Assembly: GCA_012026655.1 (NCBI GenBank)
Contig: JAAILG010001242.1
Span: forward strand, 1-64,000
DNA length: 64,000 nt
Direction: 5' to 3'
DNA from: Hydrolagus affinis
Lineage: Eukaryota
Of this stretch, positions 11,026 through 24,900 are shown piece after piece. Under the pieces are notes generated by a model, which was not told the origin of the DNA, made no database searches, and was given only the letters and a program-made list of their open reading frames with translations. The position numbers and the translations under genes are program-made. Numbering within the stretch: position 1 is the first letter of the stretch; every line of letters begins with the position of its first letter.

Positions 11026-12492
11026 GTTCTCATCGTCTCAGAAGCTTCTGGTAATAATATTTTATTATGTGAAGCGTATGATGGAATCCTTGTGGACACT
11101 GGTCAATGTTGTTAGACCATATCTGGATATTGTTTTCAGAGTCGATTGGATCCTGGATTGAATATTTGATTCAGTGCATTGGAAGACTGGATTGTGACTT
11201 CAGTTTTAAAGCACCGCATTCTAATAATGTTCTATACAGTTGATCGTACCCAATTAGAAGGAAGTACATCAATCGGTAATTGGTAGATGCAAGCCAAATT
11301 CACAAATTGATGCAAAACGCCTGTCTGAGCCTCATGTGGAAGCTTGATGGACTAGATTTTAGTTTCTCTATTTTGTTCTTGAGACATCCAGTCCGTAACC
11401 TTGCAGTTATTCTCCTTTAACATAGCAATATTTCTGCTTCCTGCTTACATGGTACAGTATTTGGTGAAAACATTTGAGAGCATAATTTCCTGGGCACACG
11501 GTAACAAAGGGGAGGAGAAGGTTTCCAAGGAACAAAGACAAAGCTAATGTGTGATAATGTGTGTTTAAAAATAGCTTATGGTACAAGATTAGACTAGTTG
11601 TCACTTTGTTCATAGTAGTAAAATTATTGCTGTATCTGATTTCCAGGACAGACATGTAAGAAGTTGTATGTAATTAGTAGTCAGCTATCTCCTTTTCATT
11701 CATTGCATTATTTAAAACATTAGTAGCAGCCAGTTACACTGGAATTAAATACAAAGATCAAACAAAATTTATCTTCTGTTTTCTGTTGAGAAATGATGTT
11801 TCTCAACATCATGAAGTGATGTTTATTTTATCGAGTAAACCTAAAAGTATAGTGATGCAAAAATATTAGTGTTACCTCATCTGTATTAATGTCCCATTTG
11901 TTCGGGGCATTATACTTGCTATTTAGGGAAACAGAAATATTTCGTACATAAAATATTTGTTTGGAATAAATGGCATTAAAGAAGATTAGTTTAACTTTCT
12001 TTTGAAAATTATGTTCCAGATATTCATGTGCTGTGAAATATGAGTACATATGCATATGTGAGTCTTCCCAAAAAATATGCAGTATGTTACTCTTTTACCC
12101 AGTGTAATGCTACCCACACATCTATGATTCAATATCAACACTCTTCGGTTACAGTAATTTTATATGGTGCTTGTAAAAGTGTAAAAGAAATATTTTACCA
12201 CAACCTCACATTTCAGTAGTTTATTCTGGTATTGACAAGTAGATGTAATGTTAATAATGGTTATTGCAAAAACAGGGTTGGCAATTAAACTTTTGTGAAA
12301 ATTACACTGTTTTTAAAATGCTTTTTTACCCAGCTGGGTAGGTGGTGTAAATAAAGCCTACTTTGGTTCGTTTTTTTTGCAGGTTTGAGTACTGGATGTT
12401 ACTGCAAAAATATAGTTTCTGAATTTGTTGGTTTTGTTCAAGTTTCAATAGGCCCTTGTACCTCTTTTGTAGAGTAGTTGCCAGCATGTAGC

Positions 12493-12796
12493 GTGGAGTT
12501 CTGTAGCTCAGTGATTAGAGCACTCGCCTTACAAGCGAGAGACCTGGGTTCGATTCCTGGCAGTGCGAAAGCTTGGGCGAGTTTCCTTACCCCACACCCA
12601 ATAATAATCCTTAAAAAAAAAATTGGTATTTCAATCCATGACTATTTGTGGGACACTGCTGTGCGCAATTGGCTGCCGCGTTTTGCCCACAAATATAGTC
12701 AGTTCACTTTACAATATATTCTGTGAAGCGATTTGAAACGTCTAAAAGACGTGAAAAGTGCTACAGTATATCAAATGCAAGGATTATTATTATTAT
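12493..12796 (+). mobile_element. Full-length tRNA-derived Deu-type SINE (~300 bp)
   Basis: Pol III A box (TAGCTCAGTGATTAGAGC), B box (GGTTCGATTCC), Deu-like GCTGTGCGCAATTGGCTGCCGCG, L2-like 3' tail ending in (ATT)n. Confidence 0.92.
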
Positions 12797-13356
12797 GTTG
12801 TACAAAACGTGTGCATTAACATAGCTTCTTCAAGTGCTTTACAGTACACCATTGAACTCTTAATGGAAATAGCTGAAGCACAGCCAAGGAGCTTTTTTTT
12901 TTAGTTTGGGCAGGGTTCCAGAAATAGTATGCTGCAGCCACCACCACATGCTGTTGTCAATTGATGTAAAATCCAGCTTCAGAAGGATTAACATCTACAA
13001 TTGAAGTCATAAAAATCTGAAGATTTTTTAAAACAACATAAAAAGCATGTCAATTCTTTAGAGATCTGTAATTTCTAACCCTTGATGCTATTAATTATGT
13101 TATGTTTCTGTTTGTAACCAGCCTGTCTCCTGGGTGTATGTACTTTTTTTATTGGTCAAGTTCGAAGGATTTTTGAAGAACCATATTTTAACCTTTTAAC
13201 ATAAAAATGACAGACACCAAGGGCAACTCTTGCATCCAGACTAGATTAAATACACAATACTAGATTGTTGTTGGTATCAATTTTAGTTTTCTATATCATG
13301 ATATGATCATTACCTGAGATTCACTACTTCCAATTTAGGTTTTGTTGAGAAACAGT

Positions 13357-13845
13357 AACTTGCAGATCATCCAGAACTCTGCAGCCTATGTCCTCTCTTG
13401 TACCATGCTCCGCAACCCCATCTCCCCTATTCTCCCATGGCTACATTGGCTTCCATCATTCAGAGGATTCAATTCAAGATCCTGGTCCTCACCTTTAAAG
13501 CCTGTACCTCTGCGATTCCGAAGCCCCTACCAACCTCCATCCTCTTAGTGGGCTCCGACCTGCTCCATGTCTCCCGACCCCCTGCCCTCATCAGCAGGCA
13601 AACCATCAGCCACTCTGCCCCCAACCTTTGGAATCCCATCCCACAGTTCCTCCATCTCACCCCCTCCCAAGCCTCATTCAAGTCCTGCCTCAAGACCCTC
13701 CCCTTCTACTGTGCAATCGGTCACTCCCCTCCCTTCACCTTCCCTGATCCCGACCCCAGCTCGGATCTGAAACACTGACTGTCCAGCGCTTTGGGACTTC
13801 CTCTTCAAGTGAAAGGTGCTAAACAAATGTAATTTTGTTGTTGTT
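13357..13845 (+). mobile_element. L2-clade LINE 3' end
   Basis: Frameshifted LQIIQNSAA...LHWLP / IQRIQFKILVLTFKA...APNLWN...FKSCLKT, typical L2 ORF2 C-terminus; (GTT)n tail. Confidence 0.9.
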
Positions 13846-16294
13846 ACAATTACATAGCATCCTTCATACATGGCATTTCAGTGTGCTTGATAGAGAGAGA
13901 ATGAGAGCCTGACCAGAGTGAGAGATGGGGCAGGAGGGAGGAAGTGACTGAAGACAATATTTACAATAAAATCATAAATATAAAATCAGGAATTGTAGTA
14001 CAGGTAGTTTGATCAAACCTCTATTTAAACTGTTGCTGTAATTAATTATCTTTCAGATATCCAGAAAGTGGCATAGTTAATGTGCAAAAAGATTTTTCCA
14101 GGTAAAGACGGAATATGCAGAAATTAACCATGGAAAGAAATCATTCAATATTTAAATGAGTGCTTACTTTAGACAGATTTCATTGGAAGTGGTACTTGTG
14201 CTTTTGAGATGTCCTTCCGACATAAATGTATATTTTATTTGCACTAGCATATAGCATAACTTTTTTGTCTGTTTTCAAATGAGCACCTCTAAGCAAGCAG
14301 TAGGGAAAAAGCATCAGTTCACATTCACACTGCAACAGGAATAGAACCTGTATCTTGTAGTTCTGAAGGAAAAGTCTTGACGTAGCATGTATGCAAATGA
14401 TGCATCACCTTTTTTGAGTGCTTTTTTTTAAAAAAAGTACTTTGCTAATGAAGAAGCAGGCAATGCTATTAACATATTCTCAAAATGTACCACTTCATTA
14501 CAGTATATGAAAATAAGTGGCTAGTTTAAAATTGAGTAATTCAATTGAGCAACTTGTATATTGTCTTTCAGACGGGATAACCTCTCATAGCGCTTCTGAG
14601 AGTCGGAGAGGAACCTAAGCAAGATGGGAAATGGGATAGGAGGCAGTTAACTGAAAGTACCGTTGAAAAAATAAGTTTTTAGAAGTGGTTGGAAAATATG
14701 AGGTCAGAGGGAGGAAATCCAGAGAGTACAGGCATCGTGTATAAATGCTTGGCCTCCAATGCATGCCGAATCAGTGATGATTGCTGATTACTTTATTAGC
14801 AAGCTGTTCATATTACCAAATAACTCAAGTTTGCTTGCCTGGAAATTAATGTATGAATCAGCACCTGGTGCGGCATAATAATCAACTATTGAATACATAT
14901 TCAGTCCTACAAATGTGCTTTGCCAGGAATGGCCATCTTTCCTGAGCTACAAGTAGCTTTTTTGTTGCTTTTGAGATCAACACTATTTTAGTCTCTGTCA
15001 CTCTGGATGTTTGCAAGATGTTGGTTGGGCACATGCTATCTCTCGATCAGATCAAGTCTTGCAACATTTCTGTTTTGTAAAATATCAGAGTTAAAACAAC
15101 TGAAAAAAAAGTCTCTAACTCTGTTGTCAAATTCACTAACAAAAACACTCGCAACCTTTGGGTGGGTATTTCTTTTCCATTCACATATTTTACTATTTGA
15201 AGATATGGCAACTAAAGAACCTGTAGTGTTTACAAACTGCGTGTTTACAAACGATGTTTGTATTTGTGCCGCTTGCTTGCATGAATGTCAGCATCTTGCC
15301 GATCAAAGAAGTTTTGGGTGAAGGAACATTATGATGTGGCAGTGCTGGATTAGCGATACAATCATATCAGCTTCTTTATACAGATGTGATTACATTGAAC
15401 CAGCAACAATCACCTGCACTTTGAAACCACTAACAGATTACAGTTTAATAACCATGGACAAACAATTATCAGCACTATACAATATACCGTACTATTGTAT
15501 ATTGCCAGTAATATATTGATTTTCTTTTTCTTAAGATTTGAAAACTGGTCACACCTATCTTTTGTGCAGCTTTCACTCAAAATTTATCCCTAAAATATTC
15601 TTGAGCAGACTAATGGATTGAGTAACAACTAAGTAAGCTTGCAACTTAGCTCAGGTCCTCTTGATGTGAAAGGCACTATAATAAACTATTTTCTGTTGCA
15701 TGATTGGAGGCAGGAAATATAAATTGAGCTTTTAATTTCCAGTCATTCCAGTGTCGAGCAACAATTACATTTACATTTCTATAACTTTTCACATCAGGAG
15801 GACATCCCAAGGCACTGAAAAAACAGAAGCAATACCACTTTGTATTACTGTAATTATTAATGGGTCCCCAAAAAATTAAGATGTGAACTTTTAAAACAAT
15901 ATGGAAAAGAAGATATAATGTAATTTGGTATAAAGTTCAATTGTTTCACAAACCACATATAGTTTATCCTTTTAATAATGATAATCCTTGCTTTTGTGGA
16001 CTCTATGCATTACCTGTTTAATCTCTGGAGGGAAAGTTCTGCATAATTACTTCCTTATCCCCAAATGCAATTGTGCAAAATTATTGAGCATAATAAGAGC
16101 TGGAATATGTACCTGCTTATTTCAAACATCCAGAGAATTGTGACATTGCCCATTGTTTGTAATGCAAGGCATTTTCAGAAACTCGGAAAGTGGGGTGAAA
16201 GTGTAGCAACAAAATGGTCAAAGTCTCCATCACTATTTTGGTCATTATTATTATGGGGGTTCTTCTCAATTGTCAGTCTGGCCTCATGTCAGGA

Positions 16295-16478
16295 AATTGA
16301 ACTTCTAGTCCACACTCCAATTCCATGGTGGAAGGAACACTGTATTATCAGAGGGAACAGCTTTTGGATGAGACATTAAACCAGGCTCCAATCTGTTGGG
16401 TGAAAATTGGCTGGCACGTTTGCATACAAATACACAGTTGTTACACTTTACGGAATATATCCAATGCAAGGATTATTT
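16295..16478 (+). mobile_element. Diverged, internally deleted Deu-domain SINE relic
   Basis: TTTTGGATGAGACATTAAACCAGG...AAATTGGCTG...AATGCAAGGATTATT. Confidence 0.5.
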
Positions 16479-19329
16479 TAAGCTTTAATTTTCTTGCCTC
16501 TCTTTGACTGTAAAAACAAAAACATGGTACTGTATCTGTAAGCTTATATCTTTATAGATATTAGAGTTGGAATTTTTCATTTTCCTTCAGTTATTGAATA
16601 GATAATGGAAATGGACTTGGGAGCTCAAATGAATGGAAATAATGTAGAACTCTTATTATATTTAAATCCATAAAACATGGGCAGTGAGTCTGGTCCATAA
16701 AAAAAAAGTTATTTTGGCTAGCAGTTAAAATCAGATGAAGGACCTTGCTAGAAACGGCTGTAAATAAATAACAGCCTTATTTAGGCAGCAGAATTAAAAA
16801 ATAAATAAATAAAATTACACTTAACAAAAATGTGTATTCCAGCTGAATAGTTATTCAAATTCCTTGCTTTCAAGTTGAGTCACATCGCTCAAGGCAAGGT
16901 CTTAAACTTTATTTCCCCCTTGGTTGGGCACACTGTTAGAGTATGAATGTACAAATGATGCCCTGTCTCAGTGTTGAGCATAAATTTGATGGTGCTTGGC
17001 AGTCAGTTATGTTTGCAGCTAATGAGAATAAATTTGTATTCACATTTGGGCACCATGAGGAGGTAATTTCTGTTGGTCAAGCAGTTAACCTAATGTCTAA
17101 ATACAATACAGTATGTTCAATGCTTCAACAAGATAAAATATGCATTAGCTTGGTATTTAAATAAGACACTGGGTTTACCTTAATTTCAGTCTATTATTTC
17201 ATGTGGACCATGGTTCTTTCTTACACTGCAAGCTTTGGCTTGTGCATTGTTCGTCACCTTCCAAGTTACCATTGAAATAAAAAAGACACTTCCCTGTGAG
17301 AGTGGGATGAAAATAGTGCATTTTCAGGAGTATTGTTGTGACATTTTCAGTCTCTTGACTTTGAAACAAGTCTTTACTCAGCCTTAGCTAGAAATAACAT
17401 GTATTCACTGTACTGTTTTATTGCAAGGTCGTGTGAGACTCGGTTTTCAATCTGATTGGATTTGATCTCAGCAGACAACTATAGTGAGATAAAATACTGG
17501 GCAGTTAAGAGGCATTATGAGTATTAAAGATACAGTTAATTAATCCACATGAGACGTCGATAAGACGTGGAAAGCGCTATAGAAATGTAAGGAGTATTAT
17601 TATTATTTATTATTGTGAGTTTTTAGGATTATACTTTTTTGAGAATGAAAGTAACATATTTAAAGACAACAGCGCACAGCACAGACAATGTAAGTGATTT
17701 GTTTAAATTAGAAATAACTCTTTATTTACATCGTTCCAATGATCACGAATCTGAGCCATAAATAACGTAGGATCTGTTCCCTGTTTTTTTGCTGTCTGAA
17801 CATTTCCAGATTCTGTAATATGTTTACAACTTTTCCTGCAGCATTTTATGTACTTAAGTCCTTGGTTATTGTTTGTGGCAGGGGCCAGGGGTTGAAGTTG
17901 TGTAAGAGACAGTTGGATGTTTTAAAAATATATATTTTTTCAGGTTTAGCAATAATCTAGCAAATGGATTTTGTCGGTAGTCAGTTTTCTATGGTGCTTC
18001 ATGTGTTTTTTTATTGATGTTTGTAAACACATGGGTGTTGTTTAGTAATTTATATATTTAGGTTTGTGGTAACAATGTTAGCAAATGATTTGTACTTTTC
18101 TGTTTAACACCTTGATTCCTAGATTAAATAAAAAGGGATGTTTTTGCGCCATGAAGGAGAATGCATGTTTAGTTTGGATTGCTGGAAGTGAAGCAACTGA
18201 TTTATACTTCCTGAATTGAATTCCTCTTGCATGGTTTGAGGAGAGCCAGTCATTGTTTAATGTTATCAAAAAGCTGAATTTATGCATCAGTGGTATGATT
18301 CCTACTGAATCCCTCAACACATGGTGGTCTTAGCAACCAACTAACCTTCAATACAAATTACTTGAATATCGTTTAGCTCAACCCTGATTTGTAGGCATAA
18401 GGACCATTGTACTTCACACCAATGGAGCAGAGAAAACAAAGCATGGTTAGATAATACCAAGCTTTCAGATTTACAGTTGTATAGATTGTTAAGAGGAACA
18501 GAAAAATGAGGGGGATAATGAGTTACACACCTTGAGGTCCTGGGAAAGAATTAGCCAGAAAGCGTGCAATGACATTGATTACAATGAGTATGATTACAGT
18601 AAGGAGAAATATTGTGTGCAGCTATTTGGAGTTTTGGAGAAATGAGGGGAATGCTTAGTTGCTTACTGGTATAATCTTCTAAAAATTGGGTTCCATTATA
18701 TGTGGGGTGGATAATTTCACCATCCTCATTTGACATCGATGATCTAGATGTAGAAAATCGTGTGTTGAGGATAAAGAAAAAGGAGTGAAAACCGAAAGGG
18801 GAAAAAGTCCCACTTGCACTCTGCAAATAGCTCAGTAGAATGCTCTGTAGATGTGAAGCATTTTCAGAGTCGCTGCAGAGTTTTGTTTGGGGCTTCATAG
18901 CTTTGTATTGCTTCGCCTGATAGTTTGATTTGTATATTTGCTGGGTGACTGCTAGAGTAGAATCTGAACTATGTGCAGTGGATAAAAAAAAATTGTTTTT
19001 CTTTGAAGCTAAAACCAGGCAACTTGGATTCAGCTAAACCCACCAGCTATTTAACAAATATGTTTAAACCCATTCTCACAAATACACAATTGGTTTAGTA
19101 CTGCGGCTCAGAACAATGAAATATTCAGTTACATCATCTCTGATTAATGATTTACAATCTTGCACTGTTTTCAGTATCAGTTATTCAACCAACTAGACCC
19201 TGTATAACTTTGTTTATCTATATACTGTATCTTGCATAAGGATAGGTAGACTCTCTAGAACTAATAGTTGACATTACTTTATTATGAATGTTTTCAAGAT
19301 CTGATTATTTTGTGTAATGGTTAGGAGAA

Positions 19330-19623
19330 TTGTCTCCTGTCCTACCATCGGTGGCCGGGCTTTCAGCCTCTCTGCCCCCACACTTTAGAACTCCATCCCA
19401 CATTACCCTTCGCCTGCTCCCTCATTTTCCTCCTTCAAGCCCGGTCTCAAGACCATCCTTTTCGACCATGTATTCAGCCGCCATCCTATCTCTCTGCCCT
19501 CTCTCATCCCAATATTGCCAACCCCCCCATCCTGCATGCTTGGGTCCTGACCCCTGACTGGTCAGCACCTTGGGACATCTTCCCAACTTAAAAGCGTTCT
19601 ACAAATGTAATTTTATTGCTGTT
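19330..19623 (+). mobile_element. L2-clade LINE 3'-end fragment
   Basis: Similar to the distal part of 13357-13845; ends CCTTGGGACATC...AAATGTAATTTTATTGCTGTT. Confidence 0.75.
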
Positions 19624-21597
19624 AGTGGCTAAACAGGAAGAACTGTCTCTTTTGTCTGATTACTGTAATGTAATAGTATATTGAATTATTTAGCCGTAGG
19701 GATATTTTACTTCCCAACTTAATTAATGGCATTTTGTTTTATTAATCACGCTTTGAGAGATGTAGTGTTTTATGAAATTACGAAGACTGAAACAGGCCAT
19801 CTGGTTCAACTAGTTTGTACCGGAGTTGATACCTCATGACCTCCACCTCTGCTGTTCCCCTCTCGCATTCTCTGTCCCATATCCCTCTACTCCCTTCTCC
19901 CTCATGCATGGGACTTTAGGTTTTATGGCACCCAGAATATATTCACTTGTTATTTCGTGCAAATCTTCTTTTCATTCACATTTTATTTTCTGCAGATTGA
20001 TGAATGGAGTTTTGCTGCTGGCTGTTAATCTGGTGGCAGTTTAAACATTCCTGGTTGATTATTTGCCTTCTGTTTATTATTTAACTTGAAATAGTTGGGC
20101 TGTAGTTTGGTTCATGAACATAATTTATCTTGTAAGCTTGATAAGTAGCATTTGTTTCACTATTAAGGCTTTCCTGTATTTGCTTTTCATGACCTCCTTA
20201 TGGTTATGGTTTTGGGGGAATTTGGGGGCATAAAGTGGCACTGGTTCAAATATGTTTGTTCATTTGTATGGATTTATCTCTTAATGGTTAAGTAAACATT
20301 TAGCAGATCAGTCTTGACCACTATTGACTGAAAAGTTAATGTCACAGTCACAAAGTTCATTTTGTTCTTTGGAGACTGAAGTTGAACCAACTTTGCTGTC
20401 CCCATTTTAGCTTGTAGCTTTTAACCTTGCATATCTGATTCTGATACCTGCTTGACGTCAATAATCAGGTAACAGAGTTCAAATTTTTCAAGTTTATTTG
20501 AAATTGTGTGCTGTGTTTTTAACTCCTCGCTCACTGCCAATTTCTGAATAGCTGTTATATAGCAAAGTCCTAAGAGAGCTGTTAATAAAAGTTTTATTTG
20601 GGTTTTGAAGTTTTTAACATTTAGTTTCAAAGGACTTCTTCTGGAAAAATTGTGTTTTTATAATGGCGTGTACATTATTTATAATGCCTGCAAGTAGCCA
20701 GTTCAAGGATGTATTGATCATTGGATGATAATAAGCCAGTGTTTGTTTTCAAAGTACAGTACAGTACTAGGAAATTTAGTAGAGTGCACCAATATTTCAG
20801 AAATAATAAGACGGTTTTTGATACCTTTGCCATAGATTTCCAGATAAAATCTGGCACTCCAGCCCTGAAAACCTTTGGGGATCACCTTCTTTAGCAACAT
20901 GCAGCTGGGAAGTGAACTCGATATACTTGAGAGTATTTACAACATTTTATCTATCTGTAAGTGTTAGAGTTGAAAATGAAGTTAGCATCATTGATATCAC
21001 ATTGGATTTCAATAACCAATAGCTAGATTAATGAATTGTTTGCAGTCAGTTGAAGAAATTTTTGGAAATGTGCAGAAGGCTCAGGTATTGTACTACCTGC
21101 CATCACCTTTAATTATCTTGGTCACATGCATTGTAACTTTCAGATTATGCTGTTGAGTACCGTGCTTTTGTGCTTCCATGCAATGCCTAGCATTTGTAGA
21201 TCTGAATTAATATATATTGAATCTGAAGAATCTATTCCTCAATTTATTTCACATGCATTTTTTTTAAGGGATAAAGCATCTGGGATAATGCCGACCTAGC
21301 CTGTTCCACAAGGGTCAAATTAATCCTTTCTAACAGGTCATTCGCAAAATTGCTGATCCCCGAACAACTTTTACAAAACACAAAAAATTTGAAGAGTCAG
21401 GAAATTTTCTTGAAGCTCACCTGAGAGCGAATTACCTCAGAAATGTTGTCAGACCTGTATTGGAAGAACAAAGAAAAACTTGATTGTAAATGCTCAAAAC
21501 AGCAGTAAGTCATGGGAATCCTGACTGATTTTTCTTCCTCCTTATTTGGAGTGCATTCTTCATTATTGTTTTCATTGAGAATTTTAGCTGCCTTACC

Positions 21598-22016
21598 GCA
21601 ACAACAACAACAAAATTACACTTGTATAGTGCCTTTCACATCAGGAGGACATCCCAAGGCGCTGGACAAGTTACTCCTTCAGACCCAAGCTCTGGACTGG
21701 GGGGCTGGGCGGGGGAGTAGCCGATGGGACCATCGAAGAGAGTCTTGAGGCGAGTCTTGAAGCAGGCCAGGGAGAATGCAAGGCGGAGGGACTGGGAGAG
21801 CAATTATGAGGAGAGAGCGGGGCAGTGCGATTGAGTTGCTCTTTTCAAGGAGACGGCACAGTCTAGATGGGCCGAATGGCCTCCTTTTGTGCCATAAAAT
21901 TCTATGATTCTATGACTTTGGGATGGAGTTCCAGAGGTTGGGGGCAGGAACACTGAAGGCTCGCCTGCCAATGGTTGGGTGGGTGGCTCAGGGGACATGG
22001 AGCAGGCCAGACAGAT
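21598..22016 (-). mobile_element. L2-clade LINE 3' end, interrupted by a CR1 fragment
   Basis: (CAA)n tail at 21598-21612 and reverse complement of the L2 3' end; continuity resumes after ~21916. Confidence 0.85.
21800..21915 (+). mobile_element. CR1-clade LINE 3' terminus
   Basis: GATGGGCCGAATGGCCTCCT...ATTCTATGATTCTATGA; the ATTCTRTG octamer tail is characteristic of CR1 elements. Confidence 0.8.
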
Positions 22017-22325
22017 CCTGTAGCTCAGTAGTTGGAGCACATGCCTCGCAATTGAGAGACCTGGGTTTGATTTCCAGTAGGGCAAAACCTTGGTCAATTT
22101 TCCTTACTCCACACGCCTGATAATAATCAAGAAAAAAAACAATAATAATTTGGTCTCTTCGATCCACGACTGTTGGTGGGACACTATTGTGCACAATTGG
22201 CTGCTGTGGCCACAGTTGGCCCACAAATACACAGTCAATTCACTTCCAGTTTCGGAAGTGCTTTAAGATGTCTAGAAAATGTTAAAAATCACATTAGCGA
22301 ATGCAAGGATTACTTATTATTATTT
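22017..22325 (+). mobile_element. Near-full-length tRNA-derived Deu-type SINE
   Basis: CCTGTAGCTCAGTAGTTGGAGC head, GACCTGGGTTTGATTTCC B-box region, same body and tail as 12493. Confidence 0.88.
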
Positions 22326-23212
22326 ATTATTTAGATCTGGTACCAGCAGTAAAAGAGTTATAAAAAGATTTGCGCCATTGGGAGAGGAAGGGATGGGGGG
22401 AAAAAAACAAAATCAAATCAATTCCAAGTAAAACCTGAAGCTTTAGGTACAGAGAGTTCAGATACAAAACACTGCTTTTAAGTGAAGAAAGGATTTCTTG
22501 TACTTTCAATTTATTTCAGAACTGATAAAACCTGTTTTTGAACAGGCCAGTTTTAGTACAGTATTTGGGATATAATCAGAACTTGGTTTGTAAATACAAG
22601 AAGAATACTTCTGTTGTTATAATTTGAGTTCATTTCTGATTTTTATCAGTGCATTCTGCTAACGGTAGCTACTGTATTACAATCATTTGAAGAAATATTT
22701 CTGCATTTGCCCTTGTGTGGTTTTCATAGGCTTTCAAGTGCATTAAATACTTTCTGAGTACTTTCACTTGTTGGAAGTAGTTGACAAACTAGTGAGCTAT
22801 TATGGTATGGAAGAATGTTTTGAATCAGAGAAGCCCTGATTTGTAAGATAATCAGTCCTAATTTGTAAGTAAAGGAAGAATTGATTCCTTTCTAACTAGT
22901 GCAAGCACAGTGGCAGAAAGAACTGTTTCCATAGTCTGTGGCACAGAGCCATGCACTGCATTCTTTGTATGCCTCACTGGTCTGAGTTGGAGCGATATGA
23001 TTGACTTTCTGATTTATATTAATAACAAAATATATTGCAGAGGCTTGTAGTTACGGAATGGAATTTAATGGCTATGAAGAACTTTGTTTTTATAAATACC
23101 GATTATAATAGTTTTAATATAAATCTGTTGGTATTGCTAAACTTCAAGCATATTGGTTGTGAGTGTACATCGCCAGTGTACTTTCTACTCCTAAAGGAGA
23201 TGGGTTCAAGGA

Positions 23213-23310
23213 ATAATAATAAATAATAATACTTGCATTTGATATAGTGCTTTTCACGTCTTCTGGATGCCTCAAAGTGCTCCACAGAATATACTGCAAA
23301 GTGAATCAAA
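23213..23310 (-). mobile_element. Deu-type SINE 3'-tail fragment
   Basis: AATAATACTTGCATTTGATATAGTGCTTTTCACGTC...; reverse complement of the SINE tail. Confidence 0.8.
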
Positions 23311-23924
23311 ATAAATAAAGAAATAAAAATAATAAATAAAAGTGAATGACATTTTCCACAAAAATGTTTTTATATGTTTCTTTCTATGGCCAAAACTGGC
23401 GGATGAAGAGATTAAGTTATTTTAGCTTTTTTCAAGCGCTCTGAGACACCATCCAGCGTGGAGGGCACTATATAAATCCAAGTTGTTGTTGTGGTATTGA
23501 TATTCAAGCAGTGACAACAATACGATTATTGGATAGTTGCAATTTAAATAGCAAATGGAGATACAGTAGTTCCAGAGCTGAATAGAGAGCATCCTATAAA
23601 GTAGCATGTTGTCCCACACTGTGCATTCAACAGGTAATTATTCACATAATCTCTTAATGTTTTCAATGTGACTTTCATCTCCTCTCTACTATTTTATCTA
23701 GAACCCTAGAGGCTAATTGTGGCTGCGGGGAAATCCTTGAAAAAATGTGTGTGGATCTCTTTCCAAATCAAACTAGTTCATCATGTTTACAAACCAAAGA
23801 AACAATATCAAATGGCATTTATATAGCTCCCTTCACACAGAGTAACAGTTTAACAATGGCATAATTTCACATCAAACCTCAGGCAGTGGGAAGATGACTA
23901 TAGACAAAGTTGACGACAAAACTG

Positions 23925-24220
23925 TTCAGCTGCGATCTGAAGATGGGCAAAGGGGGAGCAACACAGAGGGATTGTGGCAGGAAGTTCCAGAGGTTCAAAG
24001 AATAGTGGCTGAAAGCATGGCTGTCAATGGTGGAGCGGAGGGGTCAAGGGATGTGCAGAAGACCTGAGCAGGCTGAACCAAGAGGGCAGGCAGAGGATAG
24101 GGTGTGAGCAGGTCAGACTGGTGAGGGGGAATTGTCAGGCCATGAAGTGATTTGCAGGTGAGTGATGGCAGTTGCAGTTTGGTACATGTAAGAATACAGG
24201 CAGTGGAATTCTGAAACAAG
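23925..24220 (-). mobile_element. Diverged L2 fragment
   Basis: Minus-strand translation FQNSTACILT...LTCKSLHGL..PPHQSDLL resembles L2 ORF2; GGAAGTTCCAGAGG shared with other copies. Confidence 0.65.
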
Positions 24221-24900
24221 GAAAAAAGCATTTCTTGAGAGACACTTGTTTTAAATTGTACAGGTAACAGGAAGAGGTGAATTGCAAAACTGATTAAGTT
24301 TTAAAACAGCATTCTTGCCTAAAATACAGTTCAATTGAAGGTTATTTTTAACTGTTAAATTTAAGTTGGCTTCCGCATTTTGTTACTGTAGTTTTTAGAA
24401 AAAATAAGTGAGGCAATAACTTGTAGCACACAATACTATTATGGTTTAGCAAATCAAACTATAGTAAATCAGTACAATATTTAACATTATTATGAATTGT
24501 TTAAGATTAAGACATACAACAGGGTCCATGTTTAGGATACAAAAGCAACCAAACACTTTTAAAATGTACCACCTTTCCTTTTATATTGGTGGCGAGGAGA
24601 AGATTAATCTGGTTGGGTAGATTTCATTATTGTACCCGAGTATTTCATTCTTGTTTATCTAAGTAAATAAGCTTGAAATACGCATGCAGAGAAAGATATC
24701 TGTTTGATTTACCTTCATTTAAAAAAACAACTGGCAGCAATTCAAAGTCCACAATTATTTTGAGGTTACATTAATTGCTTCTGTGATAGACATGTCCTGT
24801 ATCAACATATTGAAAACTTGCCAAGTACTTCATTTCTTCCCCTCAGATCTGTGGATACCATTATCTTGAGGTGAATGAGTATTTCAATTCCAATCAATCA

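Noticed and set aside
12493-12570. tRNA-like sequence (also at 22017, 34453 and 43380-43452)
   Set aside because: A and B boxes are present, but the anticodon region varies between copies and each continues into the same SINE body and tail; these are SINE heads, not tRNA genes.
13342-13778. Possible protein-coding gene
   Set aside because: Frameshifted remnant of the L2 ORF2 C-terminus; no intact reverse transcriptase anywhere in the window.
14057-14101. AG...GT-bounded 45-nt candidate for the mammalian alternative exon 2 (similar candidate at 24847-24870)
   Set aside because: Both have in-frame stops in the required phase and no similarity to the recalled exon-2 peptide; I could not identify an exon-2 homologue.
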